64,000 bases of DNA, taken from Flavobacterium sp. (GTDB lineage: Bacteria; Bacteroidota; Bacteroidia; Flavobacteriales; Flavobacteriaceae). The stretch is from assembly GCA_044361155.1 (NCBI GenBank), contig JBIKJF010000011.1, positions 69-64,068 of the forward strand, written 5' to 3'. The translations under genes and the position numbers were made by a program. The notes under the pieces were generated by a model. The model was not told the origin of the DNA. It ran no database searches and worked only from the letters and a program-made list of their open reading frames with translations. Positions 44,078-53,363 of the stretch are shown here, one piece after another. Each line of letters begins with the position of its first letter. Within the stretch, counting starts at the first letter, position 1.

Positions 44078-44413
44078 TTATAAAATTTTCTCAATTTTTT
44101 CAGGTTCAATTGAATGATGTGAATCTTTAAAAATCACTTTTTTATCTTTTAGAACAATAATTTGTGGTGATTGATGCGTAACGTTTAGCTGTTTGGCGAT
44201 GTAATTCGATACCGAGCGATACGTAAGTAAATCTAAGTAATTAAAATCGGCGGTTGCGGTCATTAGATCAGAGCCTTGCTCTAATCGTTCTTTGGCATAC
44301 GCACTAATGCCGCAAGTGGTACTATCTTTAAAAATAATTTGAGGCTTTAGTTCCGATGCGTTTATTATTGCGCTAACATCTTCGTCGCTTGTAATTTTTT
44401 TCCAGGTATTCAT
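44078..44413 (-). CDS. ytxJ: YtxJ-like monothiol thioredoxin-fold protein
   Basis: IFKDSTTCGIS, YLDLLTYRSVSN, VTHQSPQ. Confidence 0.85.
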   Translation of the reverse strand: MNTWKKITSDEDVSAIINASELKPQIIFKDSTTCGISAYAKERLEQGSDLMTATADFNYLDLLTYRSVSNYIAKQLNVTHQSPQIIVLKDKKVIFKDSHHSIEPEKIEKIL

Positions 44414-44623
44414 AGTTTTATCTTGTAATTTATTTATTTGTAAAGTAATTTTTGTGTTGCAACCAGTTTATAATTTAAGCGAATTATTAAACAATGAAAC
44501 TTTCAAACACCATTTGTGTAGTTTCTTTTGAAGGTATTTTTGTCGATACTAAAAATTCGATAATTTTTGACTTTCTGTAAAATTGGCGACATTTTCTTGC
44601 TTTTATATAGAGCTAAATGATTA

Positions 44624-44866
44624 TCAAACATGCTCTACTATCTCAATTTCTTCTTGTATCAACCCTTGCATCTTATAAAACATGAAATCTTCTTCTCTTT
44701 CCAATAAACTTGATTCTATTTGCGTTTTGTTTTTTCTCTTTTTTAAAGGGTTGATTGTACTGTAAAATCTATTATCACGTTCAAACTTACCAAAAATAAA
44801 TAACTTTAATAAAAGTTTACTGGGTAGCTTTAAGTGATTTGGTAAAGGTAAAAAAGAAGTTTTATA
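44624..44866 (-). pseudogene. Start-less fragment resembling the C-terminus of a type IIG/Eco57I-like R-M protein
   Basis: Open frame without ATG ending ...KTQIESSLLEREEDFMFYKMQGLIQEEIEIVEHV*, like the IDQLVYKLYGLTEEEIKIVE tail of such enzymes. Confidence 0.4.
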
Positions 44867-45058
44867 CTATTTTACGGTTTCCCGCATTTTATTAAAAAAA
44901 GTTTAGATTTTTTTTTAATAACGTTAGGTAGCCATTGATGGTACAAGTTAAATTATTTTTAAATTTATTGACGGCCTAGTTTTTTTTAATTTTGTAACCC
45001 AACGATGCAATGAAAAAAAGCTAAAATTTGAAACAAAAAACCTAATTTTTAGAATCAA

Positions 45059-45190
45059 TTAAAAAAGTTTAAACGTCTTGATTAAATGTTTTTTACCTTT
45101 TGCTTGTTGGGCAGATAATATGCCAATGATTTTGGGTTTTGGCATTTCTTGCCAATGTGCATAAACGTATATATCGGTTTTTGTTGACAT
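45059..45190 (-). pseudogene. hipA: Truncated hipA toxin (N-terminus only)
   Basis: MSTKTDIYVYAHWQEMPKPKIIGILSAQQAKGKK matches my recollection of Bacteroidota HipA N-termini; it then diverges and stops after 43 aa; lies directly downstream of the HipB-like HTH. Confidence 0.75.
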
Positions 45191-45220
45191 CTTAGATTTT
45201 TAGAAGGTTAGGTTGTAGAT

Positions 45221-45246
45221 GAGATTGCTTCGTTCCTCGCAATGAC
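45221..45246. repeat. REP-like palindrome
   Basis: GAGATTGCTTCGTTCCTCGCAATGAC (ATTGC...GCAAT stem), a repeat type I recall as common in Flavobacterium. Confidence 0.7.
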
Positions 45247-45247
45247 T

Positions 45248-45538
45248 TTATTTTAGTAGTTCAAGGTCTTGGAGTTTTCTTCCTAGTTCATCGTCTGCTG
45301 CTAGTTGTAGAAAATCATCTTGTAGGCCTAAAACACGTAGCACATTGAAATAGGCTCCCATTGCTACACTTGTGTTTCCTTGTTCAATTAAATGCAATGT
45401 TGACCGAGAAATAGCTGCTCGCTCTGCTACTTGAATCATAGTGAGTTTTCGCCTTTTACGAGCTATCTTGATATTTTCTCCCATTTGTTCTAAAACCTTT
45501 TTATACTTTGGGAAAACAATTTGTTCTTTGGTTGCCAT
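45248..45538 (-). CDS. XRE-family HTH protein, HipB-like antitoxin
   Basis: IKIARKRRKLTMIQVAERAAISRSTLHLIEQG; precedes the hipA remnant. Confidence 0.88.
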   Translation of the reverse strand: MATKEQIVFPKYKKVLEQMGENIKIARKRRKLTMIQVAERAAISRSTLHLIEQGNTSVAMGAYFNVLRVLGLQDDFLQLAADDELGRKLQDLELLK

Positions 45539-45615
45539 TTCTTGTTATTGTATTTTAATTTAAATCTTTCTATCTCAAATTGCAATAGATAAATAACTTA
45601 AGCAAAGATTTTGTT

Positions 45616-45717
45616 TGGCGACTGGCAGTAGACCATCCCAACCAAAAAGTACCACCATGCATTCAAAGAGCACCAATAGAAAAGGATGGTGAATATCGGT
45701 TGTTGTTGATTTGTTAG
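45616..45717 (+). pseudogene. C-terminal fragment of a DUF1826-like gene
   Basis: WRLAVDHPNQKVPPCIQRAPIEKDGEYRLLLIC*; in-frame stop at 45586-45588 and no start codon. Confidence 0.6.
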
Positions 45718-45735
45718 AAGATTAGATATTTTTAT

Positions 45736-46119
45736 TTAAAAAACATTCTCACTAAAAGTCAATATTGGTAAATAATCGACTTTGCTTAATTCATATTCAT
45801 CACAATACTCTTTCATCCATTTTTTGATGTTTGGATTGTTTTCTATCGAGATATCTTCTGAGAAATTTTCTTTTAGTTTTACTTCAAAATAATATTCGGT
45901 TGTAGAGTTTTCTTTACCTTTTATTTTTGATTTATGTTTGTGTTTGATAGATTCAATTTCACCAAAATAGGAGGTAAGGTGAAATGCTTTTGCACGACCA
46001 CCAGAATAGATTACAAGCTTTTTAGCATTGTATAAATCGTAAGGAAACTCCAATAAATTATTTTGTTTGTGTGTAGAATGAAAATAAAATATTTTTAATA
46101 CTAAATTGATTAAAAACAT
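45736..46119 (-). CDS. Hypothetical protein (start uncertain, may be a fragment)
   Basis: 127-aa ORF with protein-like composition after about residue 24; no recognised motif. Confidence 0.4.
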   Translation of the reverse strand: MFLINLVLKIFYFHSTHKQNNLLEFPYDLYNAKKLVIYSGGRAKAFHLTSYFGEIESIKHKHKSKIKGKENSTTEYYFEVKLKENFSEDISIENNPNIKKWMKEYCDEYELSKVDYLPILTFSENVF

Positions 46120-46242
46120 TTTTTTTATTTAAATAATTGAAAATGAATAGGTTTTAATTTTGTTTGTAAAATATTGATTTTGATCACATTATAATTTGTT
46201 TTTATGAAATAATGATCTAATATTTGCATTAAATCATTTATT

Positions 46243-46722
46243 ATGAATACATCTTTTGAACGTTGTGAAAACACTAAAGTTGAATGGTTAACACCACCAG
46301 AATTAGTAGAAAAATTAGGTAAATTTGATTTAGACCCATGTAGTCCAATCAATCCGCCATTTTTACATGCAACAAATAATTTCACAACTAATGATAATGG
46401 ATTGACTAAAAAATGGTTTGGTAGAGTTTATCTAAATCCACCATATGGAAGAGGAATGGAATTGTGGATGGAAAAATTAAAAATTCACGGAAATGGGATT
46501 GCATTAATTTTTGCAAGAACAGAAACAAAGTGTTTTTTTGAGCATGTTTGGAATGATGCAGATGCTGTTTTATTTGTAAAAGGTAGAATCAGATTTTATC
46601 ATGTTACAGGAATTCAAGCAGGTACTCCTGGAGCTCCAAGTGTATTTATAGCTTACGGTAAAGAAAATTCAGAAATACTTATGAATTCAGGAATTGAGGG
46701 ACGATTTATAAAATTGAAATAA
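46243..46722 (+). CDS. Phage-type DNA N6-adenine methyltransferase (Dam, PF05869-like)
   Basis: EWLTPPEL, FDLDPCS, DNGL...W, VYLNPPYG, LIFARTET, FVKGRIRF. Confidence 0.9.
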   Translation: MNTSFERCENTKVEWLTPPELVEKLGKFDLDPCSPINPPFLHATNNFTTNDNGLTKKWFGRVYLNPPYGRGMELWMEKLKIHGNGIALIFARTETKCFFEHVWNDADAVLFVKGRIRFYHVTGIQAGTPGAPSVFIAYGKENSEILMNSGIEGRFIKLK

Positions 46723-46929
46723 TTATAAAATTTCATAACAAATAAATTCTGCAACATTAAACTCAGAATCAATAATCCAATCATTTTCTAATAATAACTT
46801 TTTATAAGCTTCATTTTCATCAGAAACATTTTCGACAATACCGATTACTTGCATATTTTCAATTTCATTTCCGTTTGGTGAAAATGTACTTCCTTCTGGA
46901 GTTATAAATATGTATTTTTTCATTTCCAT
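46723..46929 (-). CDS. Small acidic hypothetical protein
   Basis: 68 aa, overlaps the end of the PLD-wH gene by 10 nt; its stop abuts the Dam stop. Confidence 0.6.
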   Translation of the reverse strand: MEMKKYIFITPEGSTFSPNGNEIENMQVIGIVENVSDENEAYKKLLLENDWIIDSEFNVAEFICYEIL

Positions 46930-47714
46930 AGTTTTCTGTAATGACCATTTCCTAAAAATTCAACTAATCCCAAATCTCTTAAATATTGAAGTTGTTGTCT
47001 TATTTTATCTGTTATATGCTCATTATTAGGATAAATTATTTTCAATTGGTTTTCAAATTTATTTATTTCAGTTGATGTAAATACCTGATTTGGAATTATA
47101 TTAATACATTTAAAAACTTCTAATTTCCAGCCTTTTAATGATGAAGATATTGTTTGGTTAGGTATTTCCAGAGTATCATAATTGTTTTCTGGTGATTCAA
47201 AATTAAAATTAGGAAATTTTACTGATTCATTTGATGGAATTTTTGATAATATTTCTTTTACTTTTTCTAAATGAGAAAGATTCAATTCACCAGTTCTTTT
47301 GTTATCAGATAATAAATTAAAATCGTTTGATACTTTAGAAACTAGGTTTTTCTCATTTGAATAAATTCCATACTCATAATTATTAACTAAACCTCCATAA
47401 GTTAAATTTCCGGAACTAATTATCACTTCTTTATCATCAAATAAATAAATTTTAGAATGAAGTTTTGAAAAATTTTTTACGATTCCTTTTTGGTTAATTA
47501 TCTTCTCAATTGCAGCAATATCCAAAGAACCTGAATAAATATTTCCAAGTTTGAATGAAGTTATTAGTTCTAATTTTACATTAGATTGTTTTGCAGATAA
47601 CATTTCATCACAAATATTTTCTTTAACGAAAGGAGATGTTATTTTTATTGATTTTTTTGAATTTGAAACTAATTCTAGAAAATCTGATTTCCAAGGTGTT
47701 GTAATTGTCTTCAT
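46920..47714 (-). CDS. PLD-family nuclease fused to a DpnI-type winged-helix m6A reader
   Basis: Single HKD motif LHSKIYLFD...ISSGNLT; C-terminal KGWKLEVFKCI...YPNNEHITDKIRQQLQYLRDLGLVEFLGNGHYRKL closely follows the DpnI C-terminal domain. Confidence 0.88.
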   Translation of the reverse strand: MKTITTPWKSDFLELVSNSKKSIKITSPFVKENICDEMLSAKQSNVKLELITSFKLGNIYSGSLDIAAIEKIINQKGIVKNFSKLHSKIYLFDDKEVIISSGNLTYGGLVNNYEYGIYSNEKNLVSKVSNDFNLLSDNKRTGELNLSHLEKVKEILSKIPSNESVKFPNFNFESPENNYDTLEIPNQTISSSLKGWKLEVFKCINIIPNQVFTSTEINKFENQLKIIYPNNEHITDKIRQQLQYLRDLGLVEFLGNGHYRKLWK

Positions 47715-47923
47715 TTTTTTATTTACAACTAATGAGTTAAATTCAAAAATGGTTTCGCTTGCATCTATAAAATATTTATCTCCAAACTTAATGATAATCC
47801 ATCACACTAAAAAATATTTTTAAGTTGAATAATCATAATAATTATGTCAGAAGAATAGTGTGCTTGGGTATTTTAAAACTAAAGTATAGTCAAATAAATA
47901 ATTGATTTTAGGGTTTTACTTTT

Positions 47924-49843
47924 TTAAAAACTTACTTGTCTCAAGATGGTTTTACCAAATGGAATAAGCGTGATGTTTTCTATTTGTTGCGTAGTTTTAT
48001 TTTTTGCTTTGATTGTAATTTGACCCTTATTGAAGGAAGCTTGGTTTTCTTCAATAAATTCAAAACGATGGTTGTCTTTTGGTTTATAGGTTAAATCATC
48101 AAAATTGGTGAAATAAGATTTACCTTTTTGTTCAAAAGCTTCGATAGGTTTAGCATAAAATAATGCACCATAGCTGAAATAGTTTTCGTTGTTCAAGTCT
48201 TTTTTTATTTCAACCTCGGCTTTGAATTCTAAAGTTAGCGCCTCTTGTTTTTTAAATTTTCTATTGAATACAATAAAGTCGTTTTCAATGGTATATTTTT
48301 CATTCGTTACAATCTGTTTCACCCATGATGGTTTTCTAATTTTTAAAACAAAGGAAGCTTGCTTTGGATTTGAAATTTTGAAAACGAATTTGTTCTCATA
48401 AGGATATTCCGTTACTGTCTCGATAGTGATGGGTTTATTTTGAATCTTAGTGGTAACACTATTGGGCATTAGAAGCACATTTACTAAGGTGTTTTTATTT
48501 TCTTTCAACCATGCTTTTTCTATAAAGTAAGGCGTAATTCGTCCAGCATTAGGATTGCAACAAACCGCTACATCTTGGTGCGCAGGAGAATATTTGTAAC
48601 GTGTTTGTTTTCTGTCGGCTTCGATTTCACCATTTTTTGTGCCTTCCATTTCAAAGGAATTATCGGTTTTAAGATAAGCAATACAAGAATGATTTGGATT
48701 ACGTGAACCTTGAGCCGCATTGTAAAAAATAGTTTCAATGGCTTCAGCAGTTTTTGGATTTCCTTGCTTTTGAAACACTACAGAATAGCTATCTAATAAT
48801 TCTTGAAGAGAACAATATTCATAACCAGTGTGAGTAGCATCGGCAGTTCGTTTAGCAATCCATTCGTCACCAATGGCACCACCAGTTAGGGTTGTAGTAT
48901 TTTCAATTCGTTGAATGTAAATTTGAAGTGCTTTTTGTAGTTCTTTATTATCAGAAGCATATGCAGCAACTAGTAGTGGTCGCAAATGCTCATAGGTATG
49001 CACACCATGCGATTGTAATTTGTAATTGGGATTTAAAATATTGCTCAATTGCACATCTTTTTCTGATTGATAGGTTTTGCTAAAATCTTGATATAGAAAC
49101 AGCGCATAATCGGTATATTTTGTGTCACCTGTAATTTGATACATTTTATCCAAAACATCGGTAAAAGTCAATCCGTGAGAAACGCCACCATTAAATGCAG
49201 TACCCGAAGAAAACGGACTGGATGTTCCAATAGGATAATTGGTCATTACATTGTCAACCGCTTTCACAATAGCGTTCCACAATTTTTTATCTTTGGAGTA
49301 TTCGTAATAGGCAAGTAAACCTCTATACATTGTTGCTTTAGACCATAATTCACCATTTTCAGAGTTGAATTGGTAGCGTAATTCCTTATCGTAAATGCCA
49401 ATATAACCGTCTTCATCTTGCGTTTTCAAAACCTCTTGAATGTACTTTTCTACTTTTTTAAGACCTACCTTATCGTTGATTAAAATTACGTTTCTGATGT
49501 AACCATCCCACCAATTGGATTGGGTTTCGCTGTTCCACCATTTGTATTGTTCACTGCCTTCCGCATCGCCTTCTTTATTGTTTCCTAAATCTTTAACTGT
49601 GCTATTTTTGTGTAATCTACCTGTGCTGTAAATAGGGTCATTGATTAAGTCAGGCACCAATTTATCCAAATTACCTACAAAACCATCAACATCTTTTTGC
49701 ATTTGTTCTTTAATCCAGCCAGTGGGTTTTATGCTTCCAAAAGGTAATATCTGATATTTTTCTGCTGTTTTAGTTGCATTTTTTTCTTGTGAATTCATTG
49801 TGAATGACGCTAGAATTACTATTGATAAATATAAATTTCTCAT
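47924..49843 (-). CDS. GH127/GH146-like beta-L-arabinofuranosidase-family glycosidase
   Basis: Signal peptide; PFGSIKPTGW, HGVHTYE, GYEYC and VAVCCNPN (Zn-Cys3 site). Confidence 0.8.
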   Translation of the reverse strand: MRNLYLSIVILASFTMNSQEKNATKTAEKYQILPFGSIKPTGWIKEQMQKDVDGFVGNLDKLVPDLINDPIYSTGRLHKNSTVKDLGNNKEGDAEGSEQYKWWNSETQSNWWDGYIRNVILINDKVGLKKVEKYIQEVLKTQDEDGYIGIYDKELRYQFNSENGELWSKATMYRGLLAYYEYSKDKKLWNAIVKAVDNVMTNYPIGTSSPFSSGTAFNGGVSHGLTFTDVLDKMYQITGDTKYTDYALFLYQDFSKTYQSEKDVQLSNILNPNYKLQSHGVHTYEHLRPLLVAAYASDNKELQKALQIYIQRIENTTTLTGGAIGDEWIAKRTADATHTGYEYCSLQELLDSYSVVFQKQGNPKTAEAIETIFYNAAQGSRNPNHSCIAYLKTDNSFEMEGTKNGEIEADRKQTRYKYSPAHQDVAVCCNPNAGRITPYFIEKAWLKENKNTLVNVLLMPNSVTTKIQNKPITIETVTEYPYENKFVFKISNPKQASFVLKIRKPSWVKQIVTNEKYTIENDFIVFNRKFKKQEALTLEFKAEVEIKKDLNNENYFSYGALFYAKPIEAFEQKGKSYFTNFDDLTYKPKDNHRFEFIEENQASFNKGQITIKAKNKTTQQIENITLIPFGKTILRQVSF

Positions 49844-49851
49844 AGAATATA

Positions 49852-52005
49852 TTATTGTTTTGTCATTTGAAAATTTAGAGTGCCACCAGTCATGATTTCT
49901 GAATAGGTTATGAATGGTTTTGTTAGTGATGTACTGTTCAGTTTGGCGTTTTCTTGATAAATATTCTCGTTAGAGAAGTTAGTTGCTTCAATGGTAAAAG
50001 TTTTATTGTTTTTTAAATGCAAAGTTGCTTTTTTAACTTGTGGAGCACCAAGAACAAATTCGCCATTCGCAGGATTTACAGAATAAAAACCTAACGTAGA
50101 CAAAATATACCAAGCCGACATTTGTCCGCAATCGTCGTTGCCAATCATACCATCAGGCGTGTTGTTGTGAAATTCGTTAATGATTTTATGAATGTATTTT
50201 TGACCGAATTTAGGGGTTTCCGAAAAAGCATATAAATATACAATGTGATGGCTCGGTTCGTTACCATGAGCATACTGACCAATCATCGCTTCCTGACCTA
50301 AAAATTTGTTTGGATTTAAACTTTCAATAGTAAAGAAATCATTCAGTTTTTTTGTGAATTCCTTTTTTCCGCCCAATAGATTTTTCATACCATCGATGTC
50401 GTATTGTGCTGGAGTCCAAAAATACTGCCAAGCATTGGCTTCGGTATAATCGCCAGGATTGTTCATGGGTGAAGTTGCTGTTAATGGATCAAAAGGTGTT
50501 CTCCAATTGCCATTGGTATCTTTACCTCTAAATAACTTTGTTTCAGTATCAAAAAGGTTTTTATAATAATTGGCTCTTTTTTGAAAGGAAACTTGATTTA
50601 TTTTATCGTTTAAATTTTTAGCCATTTGCGCCACACACCAATCGTCATAACCACTTTCTAAAGTCCTTGAAACCGCTTCATTATCTAATTTATCAAAAGG
50701 ATAATAACCATATTGATTATACAATTCCCAATCGGAATTAATGTGACTTTTAGTTGAAGTTTTAATCATGGCTTTGAGTGCTTCGTCTTTATCAAAACCA
50801 TCAAAACCATTAGTATAAGCCGATAAAATCATAGGAATAGCATGATTACCAATCATACAATAATTATCTTGTCCCCAAGCCGTCCAAATGGGTAAAAAGC
50901 CAGCAGCTTTGTGATGCAGAAGTAAGGTATTTATAATGCCATCAATTTTTTCGGGAGCAATAATTTGAAGCAACGGAAACGCACCTCTATAAATATCCCA
51001 AATCGATAGAGTAGAGTAGTAGGCTTTATTTGGTGCTAATGCAATCTTATCATCGGCACCACGATAGTTTCCATCAAAATCAGCAATATTGGATGGTTGC
51101 AAAAGCAAATGATATAGCGAAGTATAGAAGACTTCTTTTTGTTTTTGAGGTGCTTCAATGTCAATTCTATTCAAATAATTATTCCAAACTTTTTCAGCAT
51201 TTTGTCTTACTTTTTGAAAGCTCCAATGCGGAATTTCAGACTTCAAATTTTGTTTTGCTCCAGCAAAACTTACCGTTGATAAAGCAATTTTTAGCTGCAA
51301 AATTCTATTTTTTGACAAATTAAAATCCAAAATGTATTTGGGTGCATTTTGCTTTTTCTCTTTCGGAAGTTCTTTTGATGCTACAAATGGCGTTTGAAAT
51401 TGAATTGTAAAGAAATACTTTTTGGTTACCCAACCTTTGGTTTTGCAATACCCAGAAATAGTGTTATTGTTTTCGATTTTGATGTCACTTTCCAAAACCA
51501 AACTATCGTTTAGAAATTGAAATCCATGTTGGAAATCTAATAATAATTTTGCTTTTTTGCTTGGGTAAGTATATTTATGAAATGCTACACGTTCTGAACA
51601 ACTTAATTCAACTTTAACTCCATCTTTTTTAAGCAATGAATAATAGCCAACACCAGCTTTTTCAGAATTTTTGAAATAACTATTTTTAAATTTTAACTTT
51701 TTTTCATGGAATGGAAGCAACAAAATGTTACCCATTTCACCAATTCCAGTTCCGCTGAAACGCGTTTGTGAAAACCCCAAAAGCAAAGTGTCTTTGTATT
51801 GATAACCACTCGTATGATTCCAACCAGCGATATTGTTATCAGGTCCGGGTTGTATCATTCCAAAAGGCATTGAAGGTCCTGGAAATGTATGTCCGGTGCC
51901 ATCTGTACCAATAAAGGTATTTACAAATTTGGCATTATTTTGGGCATTTATATTCCAAAAACAAAACAATAATAATCCGCTAAAGAGTGTTTTTCTTATT
52001 TCCAT
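49852..52005 (-). CDS. GH92 alpha-mannosidase family
   Basis: FIGTDGTGHTFPG, YTEANAWQY, QYAHGNEPSHH, GNDDCGQMSAWY. Confidence 0.93.
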   Translation of the reverse strand: MEIRKTLFSGLLLFCFWNINAQNNAKFVNTFIGTDGTGHTFPGPSMPFGMIQPGPDNNIAGWNHTSGYQYKDTLLLGFSQTRFSGTGIGEMGNILLLPFHEKKLKFKNSYFKNSEKAGVGYYSLLKKDGVKVELSCSERVAFHKYTYPSKKAKLLLDFQHGFQFLNDSLVLESDIKIENNNTISGYCKTKGWVTKKYFFTIQFQTPFVASKELPKEKKQNAPKYILDFNLSKNRILQLKIALSTVSFAGAKQNLKSEIPHWSFQKVRQNAEKVWNNYLNRIDIEAPQKQKEVFYTSLYHLLLQPSNIADFDGNYRGADDKIALAPNKAYYSTLSIWDIYRGAFPLLQIIAPEKIDGIINTLLLHHKAAGFLPIWTAWGQDNYCMIGNHAIPMILSAYTNGFDGFDKDEALKAMIKTSTKSHINSDWELYNQYGYYPFDKLDNEAVSRTLESGYDDWCVAQMAKNLNDKINQVSFQKRANYYKNLFDTETKLFRGKDTNGNWRTPFDPLTATSPMNNPGDYTEANAWQYFWTPAQYDIDGMKNLLGGKKEFTKKLNDFFTIESLNPNKFLGQEAMIGQYAHGNEPSHHIVYLYAFSETPKFGQKYIHKIINEFHNNTPDGMIGNDDCGQMSAWYILSTLGFYSVNPANGEFVLGAPQVKKATLHLKNNKTFTIEATNFSNENIYQENAKLNSTSLTKPFITYSEIMTGGTLNFQMTKQ

Positions 52006-53360
52006 AAGGCATCCATTTGTTCTAGACTTTTATTTTTGGTTTCAGGTACTTTTTTCCAAACGAAAAATAAAGAAAATAAGCAGATTAAAGAAAACAAATA
52101 AAACGGAAAAGCACCATTAAAATTATCTTTCAACCATTGGTTTTCAATCAAACTTGGAAAAACTTGTGTTACCACAAAATTGGCTACCCATTGAATAAAA
52201 ACACTAATCGCCAATGCCAAACTTCTTATCTTGTTTGGAAAAATTTCTGATAGTAACACCCAAACAATTGGTCCCCATGAAATACTAAAGGAAGCCATGA
52301 AAAGTATTAAAAAGGGTAGTACATAATTCCCAACAGCTTCATTGTAAATAAAAATACCTACTGCTGCCAATGAAATAGTCATTCCTGCTGAGCCAATGTA
52401 AAGCAATGGTTTTCTTCCCATTTTGTCAACCCATTTAATGGCTAGTAAAGTAAAAATTAAGTTTACAACACCTAAAATACTGGTTTCTAGCAAAGAAGCG
52501 TCGGTTGAACTACCTAAACTTTTAAAAATTTCTGGAGCATAATATAATATTGCATTGATACCGGTTAGCTGTTGTAAAATAGAAAGTCCAATGCCAACAA
52601 ACAGTGCTTTTTTATAGATTGGATTTACTAGATTGTTCCACTGACCTTTGTCTTCTTGTTCCAATGAATTTTGAATTTCAGATTGCACTTGAGCCACGTC
52701 TTCTGGTGCGTTTATTTTTTCTAATACAGCTACAGCTTGTTCCGATTTTCCTTTTTGCAATAACCATCTAGGGCTTTCGGGAATTAGAAATATAAAAACT
52801 AGAAATAGGATAGAAGGAATGATTTCAGAACCAAACATCCAACGCCATCCAATGTTCAAATTCCATTGGGCATCACCTTGCAAAGCAATGAAGTAATTCA
52901 CAAAATAAACCACAACAATACCGATAACAATGGCTAATTGATAGTTGCCTACCAAAGCACCACGTCTTTTTGGAGGAGCAATTTCTGCGATATACATCGG
53001 TACAACCATAGAAGCTATACCAACACCAATTCCGCCCACAATACGAAATAGCACAAACATTGTGAATGAATTAGGTAGCGCCGTTCCAACAGAATTTAGA
53101 ATAAAGAGAATTGCTGTAATTAGCATTGTAGCTCTTCGTCCCAGTCGGTTACTCAAATAATCAGAGAAAAAAGCACCAATTAAACAGCCAACCAATGCAC
53201 TTGAAATAGCCCAGCCAGTTTCAATAGGAGTCAAATGGAAATATTCGGTTAGATTACCAATGGCTCCAGAAATTACTGCCGTATCATAGCCAAATAATAA
53301 GCCGCCAAGCGCTGCACTTAAAGCAATAAAAAGAATATAATTTTTGTTGTTTTTATCCAT
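51996..53360 (-). CDS. Sugar porter MFS transporter (XylE-like)
   Basis: GGLLFGYDTAVISGA, DYLSNRLGRR, PESPRWL, QQLTGINAILYYAP, VPETKNKSLEQ. Confidence 0.93.
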   Translation of the reverse strand: MDKNNKNYILFIALSAALGGLLFGYDTAVISGAIGNLTEYFHLTPIETGWAISSALVGCLIGAFFSDYLSNRLGRRATMLITAILFILNSVGTALPNSFTMFVLFRIVGGIGVGIASMVVPMYIAEIAPPKRRGALVGNYQLAIVIGIVVVYFVNYFIALQGDAQWNLNIGWRWMFGSEIIPSILFLVFIFLIPESPRWLLQKGKSEQAVAVLEKINAPEDVAQVQSEIQNSLEQEDKGQWNNLVNPIYKKALFVGIGLSILQQLTGINAILYYAPEIFKSLGSSTDASLLETSILGVVNLIFTLLAIKWVDKMGRKPLLYIGSAGMTISLAAVGIFIYNEAVGNYVLPFLILFMASFSISWGPIVWVLLSEIFPNKIRSLALAISVFIQWVANFVVTQVFPSLIENQWLKDNFNGAFPFYLFSLICLFSLFFVWKKVPETKNKSLEQMDALWK

Positions 53361-53363
53361 TGG

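Noticed and set aside
45736-46119. PUA/EVE-like modified-DNA reader remnant
   Set aside because: Resemblance is only impressionistic; no motif I can defend without a profile search
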